Counted from the first letter of the stretch, positions 19,773 to 29,376 are shown. The stretch is 64,000 bases of DNA from Candidatus Latescibacterota bacterium (GCA_965217865.1 CBDCJO010000002.1:1472001-1536000), one strand, 5' to 3'. Notes: generated by a model not told the origin, from the letters alone. Translations and numbers: made by a program.

Positions 19773-21005
19773 TTATCCGGTGCGACTTTGCCCAATGGAG
19801 ATGCGTTCATCTTCTGTTGTTCCCCGTTCCACTTGTCGCGTTACTTTCTCAAGATTGTTCAAAAACTCCGGGATGACCTCTTCGTGGTGGGGCATAACAA
19901 CGAGGCGCAAGCATTCTGGGTTCCGCATCCGTCCATCCCCTTCCACCCCAACCTGTCCATTCCCTCTGCAATGGAAGATACGCCGATTCTGTTTGTTGTG
20001 GATATGACCGGAACGATGTTGATCTCAGGTTCAACGGCGATATCGAGGCCCCGAACCTTTCGGACACCCGTAATCAGTGCCTGCGTATTCTTCATCACCT
20101 TGTCCACCACCTTCAAATAGCCTTCTTCGCCGAGAAGGTTGAGGGCCGTCCAGGCACTTGCGATTCCTGAACCCGAATGGCTTCCCTCGATAGCCGGACT
20201 GCGATAATCTCCGCCGACCCAATTCGTCATATTGAAACCCTGAAGGCGGAACAGCTCCTCAGTTCTATAAAGTTGAACGCCGGTGGGATAAGCAGCCAGC
20301 CCCAGCTTATGGGGATCAATCGATATCGAACTGACGGCTTTCACCTGAAAGTCCCAATCATCCGGAAGGGGGTGAGTTTTTTGGCGAAGGGGATGATGAA
20401 GCCGCCAAGGCAGGCATCCACGTGGAGAAACAGGCCGTGCTTTTCAGCGATCTGACCCAGGTCAACGACGGGATCGATTTGTCCGTGGGTGGGTGTTCCA
20501 GCAGTGCAAAATATGGCGATGGTATTCTGATTGATCGCCGCTTCAATCGCCTCCGGATCCGCCTTGAAGTTCTTGTCAAGAGGTGTCCGGATAATATCCA
20601 CCCCCATAAGGGTTCCGCCCTTTTCGACCGATGGATGCGCTGTTTCGGGTGCGACAATGTTGGGGGATTCAATCTCAGGATGTTTCTTGCGTGCATTCTC
20701 CCGAGCTACAAGGACAGCCTGAATGTTACTCATGGTCCCACCGGGGGTAACATTCCCGGCCGCGTCCGGATGACCGAGGAGGTCTCCGACCATGGAGACG
20801 ACTTCCTTTTCCAGTTTCGTACAGCTTGGGAATGCAGTGTGGAAGAAATAGTTCTTTCCATGAACTGCACGGAGGCTTTGATCACCACCTCGTCGAGGCG
20901 GTGAGTGCTTGCCCACACTCGCTCAAGAGGAGCGTCATCTGCTTCAAACGTCTTCAGTGCGGCTGTAATCTCAGGCTCTCTCTTGCCTTTCGCAGGGAGC
21001 TTCAT
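19773..21005 (-). pseudogene. Group II PLP-dependent decarboxylase (MfnA/sphingosine-1-phosphate lyase-like), three frameshifts
   Basis: Fragments in successive frames: MKLPAKG, TPGGTMSN...HVDACLGG, SISIDPHK (PLP Lys), CLRLVVMPHH; breaks near 20857, 20375 and 19930. Confidence 0.8.
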
Positions 21006-21122
21006 CTCCTCAACCTCCTTACAAGCTGCGATCAGGATTCTTCCTGTTCGGCGTTTCGCATTGGAACTTGAGCAAGGTGGCAAGAGCCGGTATCAATATC
21101 GAAAAGGAATGTTCAGGCAGGC

Positions 21123-22532
21123 TCACCGCTGACCGATGGCGTCCGTGAAGCTCATGCCACGATAGTCCGGCAGCTCCCCTCCGGCATCCTGCATCGCGCG
21201 CTCATAGGCCATCTTCACCTCGTCATGACGTTGTTCGACGAGATTGTTCCGGCACCTCGGGTCGCTTCGCGGGTCGAACACTTCACCGGCAACCCCGTCG
21301 AGGTCCATGAGGACGAAGTTTTCGTGGTCGCGATACCAGAGGGAATCGCGATAGCGACTTGTGAGGTACTCCCTGGGGTGCCACCCGCCGCCGTGGATAA
21401 GGGGGGTGAGATCGCTTCCGTCGATCGAAAGGTCGGACCCCATGGCCTGTGCGACGCCGCTCTGATGGTAGAGCGTGGCCACGATGTCGGTGTTATAGAC
21501 GAGTTCGTCGAAGCGCTTTCCGGATCCAGCGCCTCCAGGGAATCGGATGAGAAGCGGCACGTGTACCACCCCCGGATACATCGCGTGGTGGGGTTTGCCG
21601 AGGATTCGGCGGGGGTTGTCCGCGAAGTTGGTGCCGTGGTCGGAAGTGAAGACGATCACGGAGTTGTCATAGAGGCCGACGCGCTTGATCGTGTCGATCA
21701 GCCGGCCGAACCATGTGTCGACCAGGGACACGAGTCCGGCGTAATGGGCCTGGACGTGCCGGAGTTCCTCCTCGTTCAACTGCCCGCCAATCTCGGCGTA
21801 ATGGATATGCAGCGCGGTTCGGCCGGCGTAGTTCGGGTCGGCATACAGGCGGAGGTAGGACGGTGGGGCCTCCCATGGCTCGTGGGGCGCGAACGAATCG
21901 GCCAGAAGATAGATCGGCTGATATCCGGTGTTCTGCTCGACGAACTCCGCCGCCCATCGGAATACCTGTGCGGTGCGGGTGTCCTCCTCGTTCTTCTCGT
22001 GGGCCGTGTTGGCCAGATGCCGGGCGATCAGTCCCCCGGGCAGCTTTTTTGCCTCCTCATCCGGATCTCCGTAGTTCGCGATCTTCTCCCGGGGGACGAT
22101 AGCGGGAGATTTCCAGCGGTCCTGCTGCATCCCTCGCACGTAGTGCCACTGCCAGAAGCCGCGGGTGAAGTTCATGCCGGGCGCGAAATAGGGGAGGGTG
22201 TCCGTGACGAAGCCGGTGTAGTAACCGCGGTCGGCCAGGTTCTCGGCCAGAGTGTCCTCAGCGTTGTCCATGGGCTGCCATCCGGGCAAATTGACGATGT
22301 CCCATTTGAGGGGCTTCCAGGTACGGATCGGAAAGATTCGTCTCCCGGTGTGGAAGGACCGCCTGTATGGGATTGTCGGGAGAACCTCAGGGTAGCAGGA
22401 ATCAAAAAGTGCGGCATCGCGGGCGAAGGCTTCGATGTGAGGGGTCCGGATTCGCCCGTTGCCATAGCAGCCCAGGTAGTCGACCCTGAGGGTGTCCGCG
22501 ATCACCACAATAAGGTTCGGTTTTTTCACCAT
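21123..22532 (-). CDS. Sulfatase-family (alkaline phosphatase superfamily) hydrolase with Thr at the nucleophile position
   Basis: IADTLR.D.LG.YG, TIPYRRSFHTGR, PHEPW, FTSDHG; start at MVKKPNL. Confidence 0.85.
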   Translation of the reverse strand: MVKKPNLIVVIADTLRVDYLGCYGNGRIRTPHIEAFARDAALFDSCYPEVLPTIPYRRSFHTGRRIFPIRTWKPLKWDIVNLPGWQPMDNAEDTLAENLADRGYYTGFVTDTLPYFAPGMNFTRGFWQWHYVRGMQQDRWKSPAIVPREKIANYGDPDEEAKKLPGGLIARHLANTAHEKNEEDTRTAQVFRWAAEFVEQNTGYQPIYLLADSFAPHEPWEAPPSYLRLYADPNYAGRTALHIHYAEIGGQLNEEELRHVQAHYAGLVSLVDTWFGRLIDTIKRVGLYDNSVIVFTSDHGTNFADNPRRILGKPHHAMYPGVVHVPLLIRFPGGAGSGKRFDELVYNTDIVATLYHQSGVAQAMGSDLSIDGSDLTPLIHGGGWHPREYLTSRYRDSLWYRDHENFVLMDLDGVAGEVFDPRSDPRCRNNLVEQRHDEVKMAYERAMQDAGGELPDYRGMSFTDAIGQR

Positions 22533-22560
22533 TGTGAATTCCCCGGGGATTTTCCCGCCT

Positions 22561-24147
22561 TCATCTCTTGTGCTCCAGCTGAACGGCCAGCCAGTATGGG
22601 TAGGTTTCATCACGATGCGTGATCTCGACGTCCACTTTCCGCACCTCCGCGGGCTCAGGCTTGGGAAACTCGTGAACTCCCGGGGTGGCCCGCAGCGTGA
22701 ACGCCAATCGGTTCAGGCCGCACTTGATCAATTTCGGATCGACGATGGCCTGGAGGTGGCAGGCCTCGTTATCCTCGGGGTGATCCGTGACCGTGAGGGG
22801 GAGGGTGATTCCCTGTTCCCGTTCCACAGGGACCTCCCCGCCGTTGACTTTCAGGGTCACTTCGGCCACGGATGTCACACGGGTGACGTTGATCAGGAAC
22901 CTGACCCCCACAGGAGCGCCGGCGGCCAGGCCCCCCGGGATGTCGTCGGGGATGTCGATCTCCATTTCCCCTTCTCCGCCTTCGGCGCGGGGTCCCAGGA
23001 CCAGGGGCAGGGCCATCTGGAAGACGTAGGTCTTGTTGGCGTCTCTCATCCGCTCCGGGTCGCCGAGCTCACGGAACACCTCCCACTGCAGCTCGTGGTT
23101 GCGGACCAGGTAGTCGTAGAAGAAGATTCCGTCCACGCCCTGTTCATACAGCCTGTGCGCAATCGCGCGGTGCTGAAGGCGGTTGGTCCGACTTGCCGGG
23201 AAACCGTCGACCAGACCGCCACGGCCGAACTTGAAGCGCGTGGGTTTTCCGGGCCCGGCCGCAAGGCTGCAATTCGTGCCCTCGATCGCCTTCCGCCAGC
23301 CGGACATGTCCATCTCGTAGAGTGAGGCCGCGCGGCAGTGTGCGATGAGGATGTCTATGAGACCCTCTCGCGCCCAGGTGCGAACGTCCAGACCGATCTG
23401 GAAAAGGCCTTCGATATCATCGTGGTTTCTGTCGTCGAGCTCCTTCCAGATCGTGTCCTCGGTGTAAAACTGTGCGGAGAGCCCGAGCCGCTTGCCCTTC
23501 TTGGCGCCCACCTCGTCCAGCATGGCGCGGATATTGCGCAGGTGCTGGTTCATGGTCTCGCGGCCCTTCTCCGTTTCATCGGGATTGAAATACGGGGGCA
23601 TCCGCGTATAGTCCAGGTCGATGCCGTCCACGTCCCAGGTCTCGGCCACCTCTCTCAGCAGAGCCAGGTGCTGTTCGGCGATTAGCGGCTTGTTCCAGTC
23701 GTAGGTGGCGGAAAGCTGGTGTGCGGGGACCGACTTCAGCCGCAGCTCCGGGTGTTCTTTATAGAACTTGGGTTGCGAGTAATCCAGCCCCGCGTAGGTG
23801 TGGTGCGCATCGTTCATGCGGCAACTGCCCCAGGCCTGGATCCCGCACCTGTGACATTCGTCCACGAAATAGACCATGGGATCTTCGCCCGCCTCGATCC
23901 ACGCCAGGATGCCGGGACGGGGTTCAAGACCGGGAACGCTGGTTTTCTGGGCGACCCCCGGCATTCCGATGCAACGCTGAAAAATGCCGATGTGAGATCC
24001 TTCGATGCTCTGGACCAGGGAGCGAAGCTGCCGCTCCGCGGTTTCGGGACCCGCTCCGGTTTCGTCCCCGTCGTAGGTCATGATCAGTCGTTGACGCGGG
24101 TGGAGATGAACTACCTGGTCTTGATCCTGCTTCTTCTTGTTTGGCAT
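22561..24147 (-). CDS. GHL10/DUF187-like TIM-barrel protein with C-terminal beta-sandwich
   Basis: RMNDAHH, FYKEHPE, DGIDLDYTR, WAREGLID, GVDGIFFYDY. Confidence 0.75.
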   Translation of the reverse strand: MPNKKKQDQDQVVHLHPRQRLIMTYDGDETGAGPETAERQLRSLVQSIEGSHIGIFQRCIGMPGVAQKTSVPGLEPRPGILAWIEAGEDPMVYFVDECHRCGIQAWGSCRMNDAHHTYAGLDYSQPKFYKEHPELRLKSVPAHQLSATYDWNKPLIAEQHLALLREVAETWDVDGIDLDYTRMPPYFNPDETEKGRETMNQHLRNIRAMLDEVGAKKGKRLGLSAQFYTEDTIWKELDDRNHDDIEGLFQIGLDVRTWAREGLIDILIAHCRAASLYEMDMSGWRKAIEGTNCSLAAGPGKPTRFKFGRGGLVDGFPASRTNRLQHRAIAHRLYEQGVDGIFFYDYLVRNHELQWEVFRELGDPERMRDANKTYVFQMALPLVLGPRAEGGEGEMEIDIPDDIPGGLAAGAPVGVRFLINVTRVTSVAEVTLKVNGGEVPVEREQGITLPLTVTDHPEDNEACHLQAIVDPKLIKCGLNRLAFTLRATPGVHEFPKPEPAEVRKVDVEITHRDETYPYWLAVQLEHKR

Positions 24148-24930
24148 GAGTTATCCTTTCTGTAGGTTTTTTCTGGAATGCTCAACCGGCCGTGGAACTC
24201 TGAACCTGCGCAGTAGCTTGCAGCAGTCCGAGCGACCTCAGGGAGCGAGAAGAGATCCGTTGTTAAGGGTCGTATTGTTTTTATCCTAAAGGAGGGGAGA
24301 AAGGAGCGGACCATCACCCTCTATCTAGGTTTGTGTTTTTTCCCCCCAAAACAGAAATGCTCATTGCAGAGAATCCCCGCCAGTCAACCTATCCAGCGGG
24401 GATCTATATTGAGAAAAGTGTTTGATCATGTGAAGTGGGAGGCGGTTGACAGAGCGCTTTGGCAGGTTCACTGGCTTTGAGGGGCCGATGGAGGCTCACG
24501 CGATCACTTGAGATCGCCCGAAAAAACCGAAGTAAGGTTGAATCTAGATAATGGTTGTATGTAGGTTGAGAAGGGATACATATTTTCATATATCCCTGAC
24601 CCACAGGAGGACTAAAGATGCAGCAAACCCACCTCGAAAAGTGACCCGATCAAGAAGCGCAGGATCTTACCCCCGGAATAAGACTATGAGGTTTAACACC
24701 AGCCCGGGAGATGTTTCGGTTGCACAAGTGCTGCGGAATTGAGAGTCCACTCTGGCCCAAATATATTCGCTGGACCAATAATTTCCTTCATATTTGCCGC
24801 CTCAAAGATATATTGTCCACCACTGGTGAATTTCGGGATCGCTCTTTAAGATAACTCACTATATTGAGGTGTATCAAGAGAAAAAACCCTTAATTCACCT
24901 TGTCTTCCACAGGACAGAGAGGATTCTGAC

Positions 24931-25965
24931 ATGAACTCTAACCCCATCAGCATCAACACCTACACCGCCTTGCGCGATGAAGTCGCAAAGGTTTTAAGTG
25001 CCGGAAAAGCCCGGGCCCGTCAGGCCGTGGAACGGGAAAAGGCCAGGACCTACTGGGAGGTTGGGGGCTTGATCCAGGCGCACTTGCTTGCAAATAAGGA
25101 CCGGGCCGACTACGGAAAACAGTTGGTTCCCCGGCTGGCAAATTTCGTGGGGACCAGCGAGAGGGTTTTGTATGAATCCCTTCAATTCTACCGCTCGTTT
25201 CCAATTCTGCGCGCGCGCGCAGAATTGACCTGGTCACACTACCGTACACTGATGAAAATCCCGTCTGAAAAAAAACGGTATCTCTTTTAAAAAGAAGCAG
25301 ATAGACGGGGTTGGACCAGCCGGGAACTGGCCGCCCAGATACAGGCCGGAACCCTCCCCACGAAGAGCGTTCAGCAACCCGAAAAGGGTCCGGTGGCCCG
25401 ACTCCAGGCCAAGCGGGGACGGCATTATACCTACCGGCTGATCGAAGCGCCGGGCGGAAGGGGATTGCGGCTGGATCTGGGGTTCGGAATCCTTCTAAAA
25501 AGGCCGTTGAATCGGCTTGAAAAGCCCCGGGAAGGCACGTTCGTGGAGGTGGTTCGGCGTCCGGGTGACGGCGAACCGTTTTTCAGGCTTCGGACAATTC
25601 GCGACAGGCGCGCCTTTTATTCCTACCGGGCCTACGTGGAGCGCGTGATCGACGGGGACACCCTATGGCTGGACGTGGACTGCGGATTCCAGGTGTGGAC
25701 CCGGCAGAAAGTGCGGCTGAGAGGGATCGACACGCCCGAACTTCGGACCTGGGAGGGTCAGGAAGCCAGAGCATTCGTATCGTCTGCGCTTTCAGGGAAT
25801 GGGTCTGTAGGCGTCACGACGACCAAACCGGACAAGTACGATCGGTATCTGGCGGACGTTTTTTACCTGCCGGGAAAAGGGGAACACGAAGAGGGGCTTC
25901 GAAACGGACGGTTTTTGAACGGGGAGTTGTTGAGGAAGGGATACGCGAAAAGAATTGAAGGTTGA
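24931..25965 (+). pseudogene. DUF1016 N-terminal domain fused to thermonuclease (SNase) domain, interrupted by in-frame TAA at 25288-25290
   Basis: TYWEVG, YGKQLV..LA, LTWSHYRTL, then GWTSREL after the stop in the same frame; C-terminal VIDGDT, RLRGIDTPE, DKYDRYLA. Confidence 0.8.
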
Positions 25966-26017
25966 CACCATCAGGCCACATCAATATTCAATTCTCCGAT
26001 ATTCAAATATTCAGTGA

Positions 26018-26753
26018 TTCTTCTTGGCGACATAAGTAATTGCACATGTTGTCCAGTTAGATTCGCTTCAACGAGCCTGCTCTTTTCTTGAAGCAAACCT
26101 CCGGCTCCTGCCTTTCCCGTTTGACGTTTCACGTTTGCCTCTCACGTTTTTCCTAACCTCTGACCCCTCGCTTTTTTTGATCTTCTTCTGACTTCTGTAT
26201 TCTATATTCTGTATTCTCCGATCCTGCCCCCTGCCTTTCCCGTTTGCCGTTTACCGTCTCACGTTTTCCCTGACATTTTGGCCTCCATCCGCTGGCACTG
26301 CCGGACGCTCATGGTCACATCCCACTCCTGCCGGATTAACGCCGCCAGCGTCTTGCCTTTCCAGACATTTCCGTTCAACCCGAACTCCGCGGGAGTCTTC
26401 CTCAAAGCAGCATGGATCTTCGCAGTTTGCTTTTCACTCAACCGCCGTGGGCGCCCGGATCGCTTTCCCCTCACCAGCCCCGCCAGCCGCCCCTGTTCGA
26501 ACCTTTCCACCCAGTTGGCCACGGTTCGATGGGCAACACCGAGTATTCCGGCAACCTCCCTGCAGCTGTTCCCCCGGGCGACCAGGAGGATGCCGTGCAG
26601 CCGACGGTCATACCGGGACTCCGGAGACCGCCGGATCTCATCCTGTAGCGCAAGAATGACACGCTCAGAATTAGCTATCGTAAGCTTTTTCACGTCAAAA
26701 CAAAGATAACAAACCTTGACCTTATATGCAATTACTTATGTCGTTTAGCAGAA
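26018..26753 (-). mobile_element. Internally deleted IS630-family element
   Basis: Imperfect 27-bp terminal inverted repeats with exact core CGACATAAGTAATTGCA (26028-26044, 26727-26743); only the HTH half of the transposase remains. Confidence 0.7.
26259..26693 (-). pseudogene. IS630 transposase N-terminal HTH fragment
   Basis: RRLHGILL, TVANWVERF, SGRPRRL, PAEFG..W, SVRQCQR; no DDE domain follows. Confidence 0.8.
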
Positions 26754-26915
26754 TAGGAATTTGATGAACACGGTTCGGTTGCCTACTTATGAAAAGCCCT
26801 CAGCATTCACATTCGGCTAATGCAAAAGTACCGTTTAGGTATCAGAGTTACCTTATTTTATTGCTGGATACAGATTTCGCGAGAATCATCACTCGCACAA
26901 GGGTCCGGTCTTCGG

Positions 26916-27467
26916 TCACCCCGGGAGTCTGGAAACCGCCGAGGACCTGGTCCACCTGGGATCACGCAACTTCTTGACCTCTCGAAAGTCAAAACGCTGG
27001 TAAATCGTATTGCACATCTGCCCCATCCACTGAAGGAGCTCATGCGAGCCCGAGGGAAAAGCCCATGATATAAGACCGCCAATGACTTCTTGCGATCGGT
27101 ACCATTCAACCAGGGCTTTCAGCAAGGCGGTACCGATCCCCTGGCCGAAAAGCTTTGCACGGTTTCGCCCGAGACAATATCCAACATGGTAGCAGCCGAG
27201 TGTCAAGAAACGGCCGTGAAGGTCGAGCGGCTCCGCGATCTGGAAGTCGGCGAACGGACGGTGACCGATCCATCCCTTCGGGTCTGAGAAACCAGGGTCG
27301 TACTCCTGAAGGTACAGCTGTCCGACACAGCGATCTCCATCGAAAGCCAACATCGATGCAATGCTCTGCTTCTCAATGAACTGTCGGACGTGCTCTGCCG
27401 ATTTCCAATGGCAGCTCTCGACGACTCCGAAATCGCTCGGTAGCATTTGGCGACATCGAATCTCCAT
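26916..27467 (-). CDS. GNAT-like acetyltransferase, cassette-borne, probably frameshifted near its 3' end
   Basis: LAFDGDRCVGQL, GQGIGTALL acetyl-CoA motif; starts just after the GTTATGT core site. Confidence 0.6.
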   Translation of the reverse strand: MEIRCRQMLPSDFGVVESCHWKSAEHVRQFIEKQSIASMLAFDGDRCVGQLYLQEYDPGFSDPKGWIGHRPFADFQIAEPLDLHGRFLTLGCYHVGYCLGRNRAKLFGQGIGTALLKALVEWYRSQEVIGGLISWAFPSGSHELLQWMGQMCNTIYQRFDFREVKKLRDPRWTRSSAVSRLPG

Positions 27468-27486
27468 GCTTACCCTCACTGTGGGC

Positions 27487-27629
27487 ACATAACTTATAAT
27501 TAAACAGCCTAAAAGAAAACCGCAAACACTGCGATCTTGGCAGTATATTTGGTGAGGCAGTCTACTGTTAGATTACTATTTTCAGTTGGTTAAATCAAGA
27601 ATCCATTTCGGGATCAGACTGCGAAGCGT
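27487..27629 (-). promoter_or_regulatory. attI-like site plus Pc-like sigma70 promoter, copy A
   Basis: Minus strand TTGATT-N17-TAATCT, then GTTTAAT-N5-GTTATGT; diverged direct repeat of 29234-29376. Confidence 0.6.
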
Positions 27630-27643
27630 GGGGTAAACGGTCT

Positions 27644-27733
27644 CTAAGTGGCCAGGGCATGAGCACCTACGACTAGAAACTCAACCCCATGAGCGTTGAA
27701 TTCGGACAACAGATCTCTGAAGTCGCGGTTCAC
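27644..27733 (-). pseudogene. N-terminal stub of a DUF6036-like nucleotidyltransferase
   Basis: GTG-start MNRDFRDLLSEFNAHGVEFLVVGAHALAT-stop, overlapping the end of 27681-27893 and ending just before repeat copy A. Confidence 0.65.
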
Positions 27734-27893
27734 CATCGTTTGCTTCCCACATCAGACAAAGCAGAGTGAGTTCCCACACGGCATTGATCCGCTCCTCAGG
27801 TGTGGAATCCTCCCATTCCCAATCCTTGCGGACTGCCGCTCCCGGTCGAATCACACGGGTTCTAACGCTACGATCCTTTTCGGCCGATTTCAT
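27681..27893 (-). CDS. Small conserved hypothetical partner of the nucleotidyltransferase (TA-like pair)
   Basis: TPEERINAVWELT...RLQRSVVRI pattern; overlaps the nucleotidyltransferase start. Confidence 0.6.
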   Translation of the reverse strand: MKSAEKDRSVRTRVIRPGAAVRKDWEWEDSTPEERINAVWELTLLCLMWEANDGEPRLQRSVVRIQRSWG

Positions 27894-28050
27894 TGATCCT
27901 GGTATATCACCTCGTCAGGCTGAGCTCTGGAGAATACGACGCCTACAGTATGCCTTCAGAATAAACTCCGAATGTTCGTTGCGGACGCCTGGCGCTGGCC
28001 GTGCTGGACCAAGGGCCGTGACAGACGATCCGTTCTGCCCGGGGTGTTTG

Positions 28051-28227
28051 TTAGATTTGCTCGGGCGAAGCAGGGGTAACTCTACCTGCCCGCTTCCTCA
28101 GTCTGTCGCTGTGAACCTGCTGCCGCCGAAGGTAGTATGCCACGAGCTTCTGTGGATCGTGTTCCTGCTCTTGCGATATGATGTGCCGGGCTGAGCGTAC
28201 CCGTTTGATGACAATATCATCCTTCAT
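28051..28227 (-). CDS. Small protein coupled to PIN toxin (putative antitoxin)
   Basis: D.VI.RVR.ARH.IS....HDP.KLV.YY pattern; overlaps PIN gene end; stop codon lies in ATCTAAC inverse core site. Confidence 0.65.
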   Translation of the reverse strand: MKDDIVIKRVRSARHIISQEQEHDPQKLVAYYLRRQQVHSDRLRKRAGRVTPASPEQI

Positions 28228-28663
28228 CTTCAGTCTCCCCAAGCAATTCGAGTGGTGTTACCAGCGTTGGAACATAAACTCGCTGAATATGACTGTATTT
28301 ATTGCCATTGGCCAGATGGTTGCAGTTCCAGGTAAGAAGGAAGTCACACTTGTGATAGGATGCCAAAGCAAGGTGTAAGGCATCCCCTACAGGATCTCGC
28401 TGCATCACACGATGTTGAATGTAGGCCTCGACGATCTCAGCAATCTCCTGTTCGATCGGCAGCAAGGGGAGGGCCTCGACCAGCGAAATAGCGTCCATTT
28501 TGTTCGGATATTCCCCTCGGCTTAGTTCGTCCAGAACGGCCTCGCTCGTGACTACATCGTAAACGGATCGATGGCTGTCCCACCAGTCGCGCGTCCACTG
28601 ACGGCGAGCGACCATATCGGGCTCCTTACGTGTTTCGATGTACACAAGAGGTATTGTTGCCAT
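28217..28663 (-). CDS. PIN-domain (VapC-like) toxin, apparently with internal deletions
   Basis: VYIET, TSEAVLDEL, DALHLALA, DFLLTWNC.HLAN, P.LVTP.EL. Confidence 0.8.
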   Translation of the reverse strand: MATIPLVYIETRKEPDMVARRQWTRDWWDSHRSVYDVVTSEAVLDELSRGEYPNKMDAISLVEALPLLPIEQEIAEIVEAYIQHRVMQRDPVGDALHLALASYHKCDFLLTWNCNHLANGNKYSHIQRVYVPTLVTPLELLGETEDEG

Positions 28664-28714
28664 GACTTCCTGATCCCTCAATCCTCGTGCGTGTTGGGCG
28701 CCCTTCTGATGTCA

Positions 28715-28843
28715 ATCTAACGTATCGACATTAAGTTGCCGGCCTTACGACGGTGCCGGCATCGATAGTATTATATGATTACCATTTCGTCTCGATCACG
28801 TAGCGCGGGACCGTGGCCGGACAACTTCAATGTCCGGTTAGGC
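28715..28843 (-). other. attC integron recombination site
   Basis: Minus strand GCCTAAC (R'')-N5-ATTGAAGTTGTCCGGCC...GGCCGGCAACTTAAT-N8-GTTAGAT (R'); arms pair with two extrahelical bases. Confidence 0.8.
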
Positions 28844-29206
28844 GTCCCGACTTTGGACAAAACGGAATTCGTGGCCATCTGGCCCCGACGCATCGAAGAA
28901 ACGTTCGGACGCTGAGGAATGAATCGTGCCAACGAGGACGGCCTTTGACTTCAGATAGTCATGCATCGTGTCCAGATCGTCGGATTGAAAGATGAGCTTT
29001 GGCTGTCCACCTGTTCCGGTTCCGACTGGATGGTGCAGGGCGATCTGAACATTACCCGCGTCGAACACGATCCAGCCTTCGTCGCGTTGGTCATCCAGCA
29101 CCGGAAACTCGAGCACTTGCTCGTAAAATGCCGCGAGCTCCTTCAGATCAGCCGGATGCAACATGACGGTCTGTGTGGATGTGATGGGCAGTTTCGTCTT
29201 AATCAT
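28838..29206 (-). CDS. VOC/glyoxalase family protein (gene cassette)
   Basis: DLKELAAFYEQVL, W..FDAG...ALH, F.SDDLD, PDGH; GGAGG RBS; bounded by GTTAGGCGTC/GACGCCTAAC. Confidence 0.85.
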   Translation of the reverse strand: MIKTKLPITSTQTVMLHPADLKELAAFYEQVLEFPVLDDQRDEGWIVFDAGNVQIALHHPVGTGTGGQPKLIFQSDDLDTMHDYLKSKAVLVGTIHSSASERFFDASGPDGHEFRFVQSRDA

Positions 29207-29233
29207 GGCTTTGCCTCCAGATACCAGGCTGAC

Positions 29234-29376
29234 GCCTAACTCAAAGTTAGACAGCCTAAAAAGAAACCGCAAACACTGCAATCTCGGGGGGATTATTTGT
29301 CGAGGCAGTTTACTGTTAATTTACTTTTTTCAGTTGGTTAAATCAAGAATCCATTCGGGATTAGGCTGCGAAGCGT
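29234..29376 (-). promoter_or_regulatory. attI-like site plus Pc-like sigma70 promoter, copy B
   Basis: Minus strand TTGATT-N17-TAAATT, then GTCTAAC-N5-GTTAGGC directly at the VOC cassette start. Confidence 0.65.

Noticed and set aside
24605-24644. Mini-ORF MQQTHLEK with AGGAGG RBS after an AGGGATA...TATCCCT palindrome
   Set aside because: Too short to support; could be a gene remnant or chance
27563-27586. LexA box in the repeat (ACTG...CAGT)
   Set aside because: Spacing is CTG-N15-CAG, not CTG-N10-CAG
27900-28056. Complete attC after the PIN cassette
   Set aside because: R'' (ATCTAAC) is present but no matching L'/R' arm could be found, so it is treated as degenerate and not listed
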